This document shows positions 10,427 through 28,172 of a stretch of 28,172 nt of DNA, one piece after another. The stretch is taken from assembly GCA_002269645.1 (NCBI GenBank), contig NIVC01005032.1, forward strand, positions 1-28,172, read 5' to 3'. The stretch is from Macrostomum lignano (lineage: Eukaryota). The position numbers were made by a program, and so were the translations under genes. Positions within the stretch are counted from its first letter, which is position 1. Each line of letters starts with the position of its first letter. Below the pieces are notes generated by a model. The model was not told the DNA's origin. It saw only the letters and a program-made list of their open reading frames with translations, and ran no database searches.

Positions 10427-10712
10427 TAAGTGATAGAGCGTCGGATTTACGACTGGAGGCTGGGGGTTCGATTCCCGATCCCACTCGGAACAATTGTGCC
10501 CTTGAGCAAGACAATTAGCTCTGCATTGCTTTAGTTCACCAGGCTTTAAAATGAGTGCCAGCATTAGCTGGGGTAACTGAAGGTGTGTGGCGACCCCCCA
10601 GTCCTTGGACTGAACAGCCGTACGCAGCCTTCAGATGCGCCGCGCAATGGCTGCGGCTGAGCTGTCGGTTGCACATCTGGCCATTAGGGCAGGTGTAATA
10701 GTCAACTAATAT
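10415..10712 (+). mobile_element. SINE family A, full-length copy
   Basis: A box TAGCCTAAGTG, B box GGTTCGATTCC, CORE-like centre, 3' hairpin and AT-rich tail. Confidence 0.92.
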
Positions 10713-11517
10713 TATTTTTTGAAGCAGAAATTTCCTGAAAAAAAAGTTGTTTCTCAATCCACTGTACAGTCAATGCCATGGACAGCTTACTGGTATGGCT
10801 GCCCCCGCCCGCGCCTTCCCCCGCAGTGGTAGCCATGGAAACCAGGCCAGGGGGTTTCAAAAGTTTTCCATTTCATCGATCAACAGTTAAGCATTGGGAA
10901 AAACGTTTTTTGCCTGACTTGAACCCCAGCACCTCAGATGGAGGAAGGCCTGATCCTTTGTTTAATCACCTGCCTCTTCGCTGAAGAAAAAATTGTCTCT
11001 GTCTGGCCGTGTAAAACGCTCTAACATCTTCACTCACTCTGTCTTGCTTGAGTAGACTTCCTCACGTCTCTAATATAATGTCAAAGAGACGCTATTGAAG
11101 AATTCTGAAAGACTCCGAGGCGACCGGTGTCTCGGCATCTCGGGCTTAATGCAATGCTTGAAGTGGCTTCATGCACAGTCGTCAGGAGAATGTGGATTCT
11201 CTCTAAGGAATCAGAGATGCACTTTTATTCTTGCCGATTTGCCTCAAGGCTCAAGCCAAGGAGTTCTATAATTAGCAACCTGGAGTGGAAACGAGTTTTT
11301 CACTTTTACCGCATGAGGCCAGACTAGCATAGACAGTGCCATAGACATTCAGTGCTGGCTCCTTATCTTAACAATTTGCGTGGCCTCATGAGGTAAAACT
11401 CGTTTCCGCTCCAGATTGTGTTAATAAGAGATGGGTTTGTGTGTGCATTCTCTCGATGCACAGCAATGCTAAAATTTTTATGGCGAAAACAGCTTGAGTG
11501 AGACATGTACGCAACTA

Positions 11518-12003
11518 GACTCCTGACTTTGGAGACTCCTGACTCTCGACTCCTGACTCTCGATTCCTGACTCTCGACTCCTGACGATCTCGACTCCTGA
11601 CTCTCGACTCCTGACTCTCGACTCCTGACTCTCGACTCCTGACTCTCGACTCCTGACTCTCGACTCCTGACTCTCGACTCCTGACTCTCGACTCCTGACT
11701 CTCGACTCCTGACTCTCGACTCCTGACTCTCGACTCCTGACTCTCGACTCCTGACTCTCGACTCCTGACTGAGCACCCCTGACTCTCGACTCCTGACTCT
11801 CGACTCCTGACTCTCGACTCCTGACTCTCGACTCCTGACTCTCGACTCCTGACTCTCGACTCCTGACTCTCGACTCCTGACTCTCGACTCCTGACTCTCG
11901 ACTCCTGACTCTCGACTCCTGACTGAGCACCCCTGACTCTCGACTCCTGACTGAGCACCCCTGACTCTCCAGTCCTGACTCTCCACTCCTGACTCAGCAC
12001 TCC
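11518..12003. repeat. 14-bp minisatellite (GACTCCTGACTCTC)n
   Basis: About 34 units built from two related 7-mers; source of the SQESRVRSRESGVE ORFs. Confidence 0.97.
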
Positions 12004-12851
12004 TTATTCTACTCTGCGGGCTTCTGCCCACTGACTATTGTAACCTTGGACTGCATGTAAAGTTGAGTGATTCAGTGGGCGATGGTCTTGAAATATTCGC
12101 TTTAGCAGCTCGTATTGACAACGTTAACGAATGGTACAGTAAAAATAGATAAAACCTAAAAACCTTAGAAATTTCAAATAGCACAATGCATTGAAAAATC
12201 ATTAACATCACTTTTATTGCAATTTTGACATAAAAGGCTCAGAATAAAAAAGAAAAGAAATTCTAAAAGACTTACGCATTTCAACAATTCATCAGCTACT
12301 TTTGCTACTAAGGCCGTGCGTTATAATCGTAAAGCTAGGCTAGTGTACTGACTGTGCTGAATTAAAGAAATTAGTTTAAAGTATTGTGACAAAGAAGCAT
12401 TGTTAAAATTTGTACCAGGAGAAAAACAAAAGAAAATATTAACTTCAATTTAACAGCCTGTTAAAATTTGTTTGGGCTACTTTTAGGTAGCTTGAATCAT
12501 CCTCATCCTGATTGGCTGGTGTCTTCTTGTCCGCTGACTTACCCTCCGCCTGATTGGCTCGCAATCTCGAATCAGCTGACTCATCCTACGCCTGATTAGC
12601 TGGCCTCCTCTTGTCCGCCGACTTATCCTCCTAATCATTGCTGTTAACCTGCTCACTCACCTCTGCCGTAGCTACAGATGACTCTTGAGTTCTTGATTTC
12701 ATGACCGGGTTCGCTGCACGTGCCATTGAGTGCAGATGATTGGTGTTGCATTCTGTGGGTCCCTTTTATGTATTTTCCAACAACAATAACACGTTCGATG
12801 AGAACTCAACATTCTTTTGAAATTATGGTTTTAGCTTTTAGCTCGTATAAA

Positions 12852-13180
12852 GGCGTTGTAGCCTATAGTGATTAGAGCGTCGGACTCACAACTTTAAGGT
12901 CGGGGGTTCGATTCCCGATCCAACTCGGAACAATGTATTGCTTCAGTTCACCCAGCTGTAAAATGGGTGCCAGCATTAGCTGGGGTAATTGAAGGTGTGT
13001 GTGGCGACCCCCCAGTCCTTGGACTGAACAGCCGTACGCAGCCTTCAGATGCGCCGCGCAATAGCTGCGGCTGAGCTGTCGGTTGCACATCTGCCCCAAT
13101 TGGGGGAGGTGTAATCAATTATTATTATTATTATTGTTATCATAATTATATTATTATTTATATTATTACGTTATTTTCAA
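12852..13180 (+). mobile_element. SINE family A copy with internal deletion and (TTA)n tail
   Basis: Head and 3' region intact; about 30 nt of the core missing after GGAACAAT; (TTA)n-like tail from about 13118. Confidence 0.92.
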
Positions 13181-14055
13181 TTTATTAATTCGGAAAAATA
13201 AATCCTAATGAGAAAAAACAATATTATTTGTTTATTTTCATAAACAATTTATGAAAATTGCTTTCATATAATTCCTTTATCGCTTTTGTCGTGAGTTGAA
13301 CTATTTAATTGCGATCTCATCGACAGAGCTGTAGGCAAATACCATGTTCATCTGACAGGCAACAAATATTGGAATATCAACCAGTGCAAACAGACTAAGA
13401 TACTCCAAATATTACATTTAGATCTTAAAAGAGATAAAAGTTCTGATAGCTAGGAAAAAGTACGAATCATACTGCTCTTAGTACTGGGATTAAGGCAATG
13501 GGATTAAAAATAATCCACGAGAAAGCGTCTTTGGATCCTGTACATTGTCATACATTGCGAATTCACGAGAAATCGAAGCCGACTTTAGTAATTAATTTTA
13601 GTATATAGGACTAGCCACCTGCGCCCTCGTTTAGGTAGGAAACAAAAAAGGAATAAAAAGTTTTTGTTACAGTCGCTTTTTTAGTATCCTAAAGAAAATG
13701 ATGTTTAAAGCAAGATAGCGTCAGGCGTGGAAGCCAGTCGTCTAGCCTAAGATATCAGCATCAAAGCCTCTCTTTCAGCCTTGGCTTAAAAGTCTCCCTT
13801 TGATCTACGTTTTGCTTGGTCTACCAATAACTTCGAATTGACTCTTAGCATCTTAGCAACCCCCCACCCAATGAGACACAGCATTTCAGCAATCCCCTCT
13901 CTAGTTTTGACTTCTCAGCGATTCAGTACCGAAAAGGCTGTTAGAAGAAACAAATAATCTGTGAAATCAGTAACAAACTCTTTACTAATAGATACATTAC
14001 GTCGGTAACGTCCAAACGGTTTTAACAGCAAATCATCTACACCCAATGCCAAGCG

Positions 14056-20946
<6,891 letters not shown>

Positions 20947-20962
20947 AGGCAATTAAATGTAA

Positions 20963-21104
20963 CTATTTCGAAAGAGGAAAAAAATTGCTGCGAACAAAAT
21001 CCTATAGCAAAGAAGCTTTGAGTAGCTAGACAACTCTGTCTCCGTTTCTTGTTTTGCCAGGTAAACTTTCACTGAGAACAGAGTCTCTAATCGCATGAAC
21101 TCAC
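20963..21104 (-). other. Probable 5'-UTR intron of the MATE gene (142 nt)
   Basis: GTGAGT donor at 21104; pyrimidine tract TTTTTTTCCTCTTTC and TAG acceptor 16 nt upstream of the ATG. Confidence 0.5.
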
Positions 21105-22282
21105 GGGCTTTTATCAAGGTGCGAGCTTGTCAACACTTAAGGAGTGACTGTATTGCATGCCATTCTTTACACATGGGTAGCTATTCCTGATGTAACTAGG
21201 TACATTGATAAGAAGTTCTCTCACTGCACGAATTTTACTTTTTTGGCCCATTAAACTTGCTTTTTCGAGAGAAAAACATGCAAGAATGCCTGCCTATATG
21301 GCAAGTGGCCGTAGTGCTCTGCCAACTAAATTCTTAATATTAAGCTACTTGTCTGCACTTTTTTAGTGGTTTCGACATTTTTTAAATTTGATTTGTAACG
21401 GCAATTAACAGCAATATTTCTGACTTTTGATGCTTTGGTTATGCGAATAAATCTGTTTTTAAAAGCTTAATATTGGAGACCATGCGAAACACTATGTTGG
21501 ACTGAAAAGCGCTCGAAAGTCTATGATGTTTACAATTATGCAATTGCAATCCGGCAAAATATTTTACCAAATTTGATTTAAAAAAACTATTTGTTTGAAG
21601 ATACCCAGATAATTAGGATCATATTTATGGGAAAGTATTAAATTCCTTACTTTGGTGTGGCAGAAAGCTGGTTGGAAATCCAAATGAGAAGACAACTATT
21701 GCAACTTTGGAAACTCCTGCTTGGAAAAAATCGGCTGAAGACTATCAGCCTAGTACTATTTAAAATATTTTTTGCTTTAATTTTGTTAGTTTTCATCTTG
21801 TTTTAACAATAACTTGAAAAATAAAGTAGTATTTTAGGTAAAAAAATTGTTTTACAGAAACAGTTTTTCAATAATAGTATTTTCTACGAAAGTTATCAAG
21901 CTATCGATCGCTTTCTGGAGATTCAGAACTGCTGAAGTGATATCGTCAAAAATACAACCAAAAGCTTTGCTGCAGTAGGGCGTATTGTCTAGATTTTCGG
22001 TTAATATATATTTTATCCTACACAGTTTATATAACACCGTTCTCAATTTGTTTGAATGATTATTTGACTCCCATAACATTGGTAAAGCAATGTTTGGAAG
22101 CACCGAAGATGATGATTTTGGCCCAGTCACAGTCGGGTAAGGACAATCGTGATAAGGTACCATGCCATAAGTGTTTCTTTTTATTCTATCATGTGCATTT
22201 TCATGTGAAAAACTTTAGCAAGTTCAAGCTTTAGTCCCTATTATGAACTAAAACGAACTTCAAATTTCCTTCTTTTGTCTAT

Positions 22283-22542
22283 GGGCCTTTTCATATTGCT
22301 TGCGCTGGTTCCAGAACCAGAACCAATTTGTGAAGTATAACTTTTTGTCTCCATAACTAGAGGGAGATACGTGCTATAAAGTTTTTATTATTGAATGACA
22401 ATCGCCAAGAAGAAAGTGAAAAATTGTGCTAAGTTAGGTTGTTAAGGCAGTCAAATATTAACAGAGTTTAATAGTTATACTGCTGTTTTTCTTGGAATTC
22501 CGAACCGATTCTGGTTCTGGAATTGGTAATATGAAAAGGCCC
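22283..22542. mobile_element. MITE, possibly PIF/Harbinger-like, 260 bp
   Basis: TIR GGGCCTTTTCATATT / AATATGAAAAGGCCC, subterminal inverted TTCCAGAACCAGAA, 3-bp flanking duplication TAT. Confidence 0.7.
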
Positions 22543-23039
22543 TATATCGATTCTATGCAATGCGCCTTTTTGATTTTTAATTCTCCCATAGGCTAAACAA
22601 TGCACCTAGCATCTATAGCATGTTAAATAAGCAACAAATCCCCGACCTCATCCCTACTCTCATTGGTTCCTGCCCATTCCTGCCCATTTCTCTAATGCCT
22701 ATGGTCTTAGTCTAGATACATCTAGGTCAGGTCTGCATATCCCATTTTGCTTATCTTTATCTGTATTCCTTATAGGTTTGGAATTTGTATTTCGCCTTAT
22801 TGCCATGCATAAGATTTAGGTTTTCTTATCCCAAAACCTATGTATATATTTAACAATTTAAAATAATACAATGGCTTAAAAAGCAAAAAAATATTATTGT
22901 GTTTGTCTCTCATCTTAATTACATTACTATCAGTAACATTAAAAAAATCTAATTGATTTTTTCAATCAAAAAATTCTTCAGTTTCAATCAATCTTTAGGC
23001 TGCAGGTGAACAAAGTAACAAATTAAGAAGGCATTGGTT

Positions 23040-23415
23040 GAAAGGGCAATAGTTACAATGTATTTATTAGAATTACAAGTTCACATATATCAGACTTCTA
23101 TTATAAAATGTATTTGTTAAAATGTACCAGTAGTTAAAATTAGGCCTAGACTTCTATAAGTATATTTGGTAAATTTGTTAAAATGTACAAGTAATAATAT
23201 AGAGTATGCAATTGATTTTATGATTTTTAGTTGACTGTTATTAAAAAGCTTTATGAATATCAATAAAACTAAAAAAGAAAGGCAAAACATAACAAAAGAT
23301 GAACATTGAGTCTGCCTTATATATCAAAAGCAACTTGTACATTTTAACAAATTCATTTTGACAAATATAAGTCTATATATGTGACTTATAATTGTTATAA
23401 CTATTGTCCTTTTGA
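23040..23415. repeat. Degenerate AT-rich foldback/MITE remnant
   Basis: Perfect 21-bp inverted repeat 23172-23192 / 23333-23353 and an outer imperfect pair AAAGG(G/A)CAATAGTTA near 23041 / 23400. Confidence 0.5.
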
Positions 23416-23821
23416 CTGTCACCCTTTTTGACTATTGCCATTTTGATTGGTTCCCAATCTTTTCTATTGGATTAGGCCTAGCTTCTATTGACCCCATTGT
23501 AAATAGCTTTTTTGATATTTTTTGCAATAGTAGTAGTAGTAGTAAGTTTGGCTTAGGCAAAAAGCCTATTTGGCCAGTATAATTTGATGTATTTAATAGT
23601 AATTAACAGAAAGCCAGGAGGGTACATTTAGTATCATACATGTGCAACCTCCAAAATTTGGTCAGCCATGTGACTTAGTTTTAACAAAAAATATGATAGT
23701 TTTTGGTAAAAAAATATAACTTACCTATAATTAAACTAAAGCAAAATTATCGCAATTTTGGGTAAACGGCAAGAGTAACTTACTTTCCTAATTAGACTAA
23801 ATGCTTCGTCCTCTAATTAGT

Positions 23822-24037
23822 ACACCTTTTCACATTTAATTTTGATCAAAGTCTAGTTCTAAAAAAACAAGCGAAAATTAAATTTAGACAATTTAGACTT
23901 GGGCCCAGTCTAACCCCAGCTCAAAACATTCTAACCAAAGTAAGGTTTGGCCATAGACAAAATTATCCTCAGTCTGAATTGAATTTCTGCTAGTTTTTTA
24001 GAACTGGACTTTGATCAAAATTGAACATGAAAAGTGT
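23822..24037. mobile_element. MITE-like element with about 67-bp imperfect inverted arms (possibly Tc1/mariner-type)
   Basis: Arms 23822-23889 and 23972-24037 share AATTTTGATCAAAGTC(T/C)AGTTCTAAAAAA; TA on the left flank only. Confidence 0.65.
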
Positions 24038-24045
24038 CATAAATA

Positions 24046-24099
24046 GTCATTAATTTGGGGCTAAATTAGAATTTCTGCTTGTGCAATTAATGCCCTTGA
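24046..24099 (+). mobile_element. Internal fragment of SINE family B
   Basis: CATTAATTTGGGGCTAAATTAGAAT..GTGCAATTAATGCCCTTGA matches about 3405-3466. Confidence 0.65.
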
Positions 24100-26451
24100 A
24101 GACCAACCTACAAGGTGCAACTAGAATATATATGCCTAATAATCAATGTTAGGGATTTTGTACAATCTCTACAGTGTATGCATGTATGCATGCTTGAATA
24201 TACATCTATTAACTTACAGTGTGCTTGCCCTATTGGAAAAAGTAACATTTACATAGATGGCTATCTAGTGCACTTTAAAAGTGTTAGTGTGCTTGGCACA
24301 CATGTGCAGTGCTACACTTCCAATGCAGTATAGTGGGCTAGAAAGGCTAAGATGCAGCCCTATTGGAATAAGTTTGAAAAACCCATAGATATGCAACACA
24401 GGCCACAAAAAATGGCTCAAAAGTGTGACACATAGCACAGAAGCATCACATGAAACACCATGTACAATCATTTGAATAGTACACACATGAAATAATATTA
24501 TAATAAGTTTAAAGTTAAAAATGCAAAAAATAGCAATTTGAAAAATCACAATAGAAATGGAGAAAAAAACTAAATATGAGATAATGACCAATACAAAATG
24601 AAGAAAATGTTCTAAAAATCCCAAACCTAAAGTCCCAAAGGACAACAACTCAGTTAGCTCCAGGCCCAAGCAACAGTGGTGTGATTCAGGCGCAAAAATG
24701 GTGCGAATGTGCGAATCTTGGGGGTCTGGCATGAAATTTTGTGGAACCATGGGCGCAAAAATTGCATTCTTATTTTCTGCTTCTTACACTTATTCTCTTG
24801 TCAGATAGTATGAAATATAAGAATGTCATAGCTTAGGAGATTAATCTAACAAACTGAGTTCAATCTTTATCATTTTACTTCATGTCTTAGTCAACGTCGT
24901 CAATCACCAGCACAAGCAGTCGTCTGCCTGCAGACATCGCCAACAAGAAGTTCAGGCGGGACACGGCTGGGACTTGAGAGACATGCTAATTTGTAGCCAG
25001 ACGCATCTTCAAAAGTGTCATCAATTGACTTATTTGGCTGTCAGTAGAATATTATTGGCATGGCGCAAAATTTGGCAAACTTTCCAATCACACCACTGCC
25101 GAGCGAGTTTTATATCTATATTTAATTAATTACAAATAAGCAACACCACACCCTCTGTCGCAGTCAAAAGACTCAATATTCAGTTTTGTCTCATCAGATG
25201 TCAGTACCTGTACCAGTATGAAATTCAATTCCAATATTTTAAATTCAAACAGACTGATGCAAACACCAAAGATGAAACAAAAAAATGTTTTAATTAGGTA
25301 ATTTGACTTCTTAATTTTTTATTGCAGCTCATTTGCTGAAATTCATTGTGTACAAAAGCTGTAATGCAACACCTCAGGCCATGCATTTTCAAAATTTTCC
25401 AGTGTTGCATTGTGGTAAAGTCAAGGCAAAGTGTGTGTTGAGTCACTGCTGCTGCTGCCCATTGACCACAATGTGACATGCATGACTCTGCCTCAGTATG
25501 ACACTAGAAAATTCTGAAAATGCAACAGACAGTCGTCCGCAATTTGTCACATTACTGCAATATGGAGGGGTAGTGTCCCAGAGAGGTGGCACACCAGAGG
25601 GGTAGTGTACACTTAAAGGATGCCATGCAGAAGTGACAGCGTGTTGAAGGGTAGTGCACTTGTGCTGTCTTTCTGGCTGCACCAAATTCCTAAAGGCTTT
25701 CATCCTGCACAGCATTGAAAAGCCACTAATTTGTCATGGTAGTTTTAGTTCAAGAACTATTTTAATAACAGCCAGTCTGCAGGCCAAGGAGAGGAGGCAT
25801 GTCAAAGTTCTGCATTTTCTGAGAATTTCTGCTATGTGGAAAATAGTAAACTATTTAGTAAACAGATATTTATAAACAGTATTTAGTATAGTAAACAGTG
25901 CAAGATTAAAACTACTTATTAGCTGACGAGGCAAAACAGTCATGGTTACCCCCACTGTTTACCCGTTTGCCCCCTAGATCGGCGATGCTCGGCGCGCAGT
26001 GTCATGTTTGGCGCGCGTCCGCAGACTTTAAGAATTTATTCCAATAGGGTGTGCTTGCTTAGGGGAGTTGGTAGAAGGAGCAATAATGACTTGCTGGTTG
26101 TATAACTAGCTTGCTGGCCAAGGTGCACACAGCCTCCCTGCTTCTAATTTTAAATATACTAACTAGACTTTCTTGCCTCTGTATAAACTGGTTGCATTTT
26201 ATTTATATTTAAGTTTTCTTTGGCTTTTCCTTCTGTGTTTTACTAGAAAATGTTGTTTGTTCAAAAATAAATTACAAATGATATTTGTTTGCCAAAATCA
26301 AAAGTGTAGCTTAATATTTACATTTATCTTGTTGAAATTATCACACATTTTGTGCGACTTACATGTATGCTTGTGACTTTTTATTAATTCACACTATATA
26401 CCATTTGAAGTAGCTATACGGTAAGCTATAGACTCATTTCAATTCAACCAG

Positions 26452-27597
26452 GTCATCAAAGTTGGCCTCATTGTTTGGCAGTGAGGCCAGAGACAGCCAT
26501 GTGGCCAACCAATCATTGAGCTACTCTGCACCTAAACAGCCTAAGCCTCCTGCACCGCGTGAGTTACTGGGCTGAAAACGGAAAAGTTTATAATATTTTA
26601 AGACTACAATTTGCTATAATATTAAACAAAATCCTTTTTATTACAGCATCAAATCAAACTCATTTACTATTGCCAACTAATATTACTGCTTATAAGATGT
26701 GAGTAGTATTTGTGCATTTTGTTTTCCTAATTATCCCTTCAGCCCCTCACCCTGAAGAAGCTTCAGTGGATTGTCTCCATCACATCAGACCCTCACCCTG
26801 TAGCTTCAGTAGATTGTCTTCATCCCTTCAGCCCCTCACCCTGAAGAAGCTTCAGTGGATTGTCTCCATCACATCAGACCCTCACCCTGTAGCTTCAGTA
26901 GATTGTCTTCATCCCTTCAGACCCTCACCCTGAAGAAGCTTCAGTGGATTGTCTCCATCACATCAGACCCTCACCCTGTAGCTTCAGTAGATTGTCTTCA
27001 TCCCTTCAGACCCTCACCCTGAAGAAGCTTCAGTGGATTTTCTACATCCCTTCAGACCCTCACCCTGAAGAAGCTTCAGTGGATTTTCTACACCCCTTCA
27101 GACCCTCACCCTAAAGAAGCTTCAGTGGATTTTCTGCATCCCTTCAGACCCTCACCCTAAAGAAGCTTCAGTGGATTTTCTACACCCCTTCAGACCCTCA
27201 CCCTGAAGAAGCTTCAGTGGATTTTCTACATCCCTTCAGACCCTCACCCTGAAGAAGCTTCAGTGGATTTTCTACACCCCTTCAGACCCTCACCCTAAAG
27301 AAGCTTCAGTGGATTTTCTACACCCCTTCAGATCCTCACCCTGAAGCTTCAGTGGACTGTCTCCATCCCTTCAGATCCTCACCCTGAAGCTTCAGTGGAC
27401 TGTCTCCATCCCTTCCTGTGACCTGAACTTTGAAAATGCAAATCAATTTTAGCTCGGACGGTCAGTATCACTCGCAGGGCAGACTTAACACGGCGCTGGT
27501 AGCGAATATCGCTAAATCGGATTATCGCATAATTATCTATCAGGGCTCTGATAAGCAAATTGCTCAGGCTGCCGTGCACGAGGCCAGTCAATTATCT
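26452..27597 (+). CDS. FKBP15: FKBP15 (WAFL/FKBP133)-like gene, N-terminal coding exons 26452-26558, 26647-26698, 27453-27597; first exon unresolved, gene continues beyond the window
   Basis: Spliced translation SSKLASLFGSEARDSHVANQSLSYSAPKQPKPPAP-PSNQTHLLLPTNITAYKI-SDGQYHSQGRLNTALVANIAKSDYRIIIY..QLS matches the recalled FKBP15 N-terminus (RLASLFG..QYTAPKQPKK..AVHAYRYTNGQYVKQGKFGAAVLGN..EYRILLY). All GT-AG, phases 2/1/2/0 consistent. Confidence 0.85.
26733..27415. repeat. 46/43-bp minisatellite (CAGACCCTCACCCTGAAGAAGCTTCAGTGGATTTTCTACATCCCTT), about 15 units, filling an FKBP15 intron
   Basis: Direct reading. Confidence 0.95.
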
Positions 27598-27757
27598 GTG
27601 AGTGCAAAGCGTTGAGATTATAAATTTTATACTATAACAGGTTTTTTTGCTTTGTAATAATGTTTTTTATTCAGCATATAAGCTTTCTATACTACTAAGT
27701 AGGCTGATTGATACGAAAATAAGTATTCTTATTTATAAAAAAAGAATTATCATTTGG

Positions 27758-28172
27758 AAAAGCTTCAGGAGTCAGAGTTTAGCTTCAGCAAAGCTTCAGG
27801 AGTCAGAGTTTAGCTTCAGCAAAGCTTCAGGAGTCAGAGTTTAGCTTCAGCAAAGCTTCAGGAGTCAGAGTTTAGCTTCAGCAAAGCTTCAGGAGTCAGA
27901 GTTTAGCTTTAGCAAAGCTTCAGGAGTCAGAGTTTAGCTTCAGCAAAGCTTCAGGAGTCAGAGTTTAGCTTTAGCAAAGCTTCAGGAGTCAGAGTTTAGC
28001 TTCAGCAAAGCTTCAGGAGTCAGAGTTTAGCTTCAGCAAAGCTTCAGGAGTCAGAGTTTAGCTTCAGCAAAGCTTCAGGAGTCAGAGTTTAGCTTTAGCA
28101 AAGCTTCAGGAGTCAGAAGTTTAGCTTCAGCAAAGCTTCAGGAGTCAGAGTTTAGCTGCAGAGTCAGACTGA
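27758..28172. repeat. 31-bp minisatellite (AAAGCTTCAGGAGTCAGAGTTTAGCTTCAGC)n, about 13 units to the window end
   Basis: Direct reading. Confidence 0.96.

Noticed and set aside
11363-12031. SQESRVRSRESGVE-repeat ORFs
   Set aside because: Product of the 14-bp minisatellite; no splice or start context.
21852-22163. 103-aa minus-strand ORF upstream of MATE
   Set aside because: No convincing motif or splice sites; AT-rich intergenic context.
25190-27415. Hammerhead ribozyme cores (CTGATGA near 25195 minus, CTGACGA near 25923, CTGAAGA in the 46-mer)
   Set aside because: None is followed by a stem II and GAAA in the required geometry.
26733-28172. CRISPR-like appearance of 31-46-bp partly palindromic repeats
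   Set aside because: Units are contiguous with no unique spacers, no cas genes, and they lie in spliceosomal introns.

Overview
Eukaryotic (metazoan invertebrate-type) genomic DNA with spliceosomal introns; not prokaryotic, no CRISPR, rRNA or true tRNA genes. The species cannot be determined from the sequence. Genes: (1) a 12-exon MATE/SLC47A-family transporter on the minus strand (14056-20946) with canonical, phase-consistent splice sites everywhere except exon 2, which is interrupted by SINE-derived sequence; (2) an orphan two-exon paralogous MATE fragment (2858-3268, minus); (3) a secreted PAN/apple plus C-type-lectin protein with an intronless CDS (6066-6803, plus); (4) three exons from the 5' part of an FKBP15/WAFL-like gene (26452-27597, plus; continues past the window). 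Repeats: two decayed RNase H-bearing non-LTR retrotransposon 3' fragments (LOA/I-like), a 2.2-kb solo LTR with a 4-bp TSD, two tRNA-derived SINE families (one with a MIR/CORE-like centre), a hAT-type MITE with an 8-bp TSD, other MITE-like inverted repeats, and many micro/minisatellites that fill the introns. Most long ORFs in the supplied track are artefacts of tandem repeats. Protein family assignments rest on hand translation and recalled family motifs; no database search was run.
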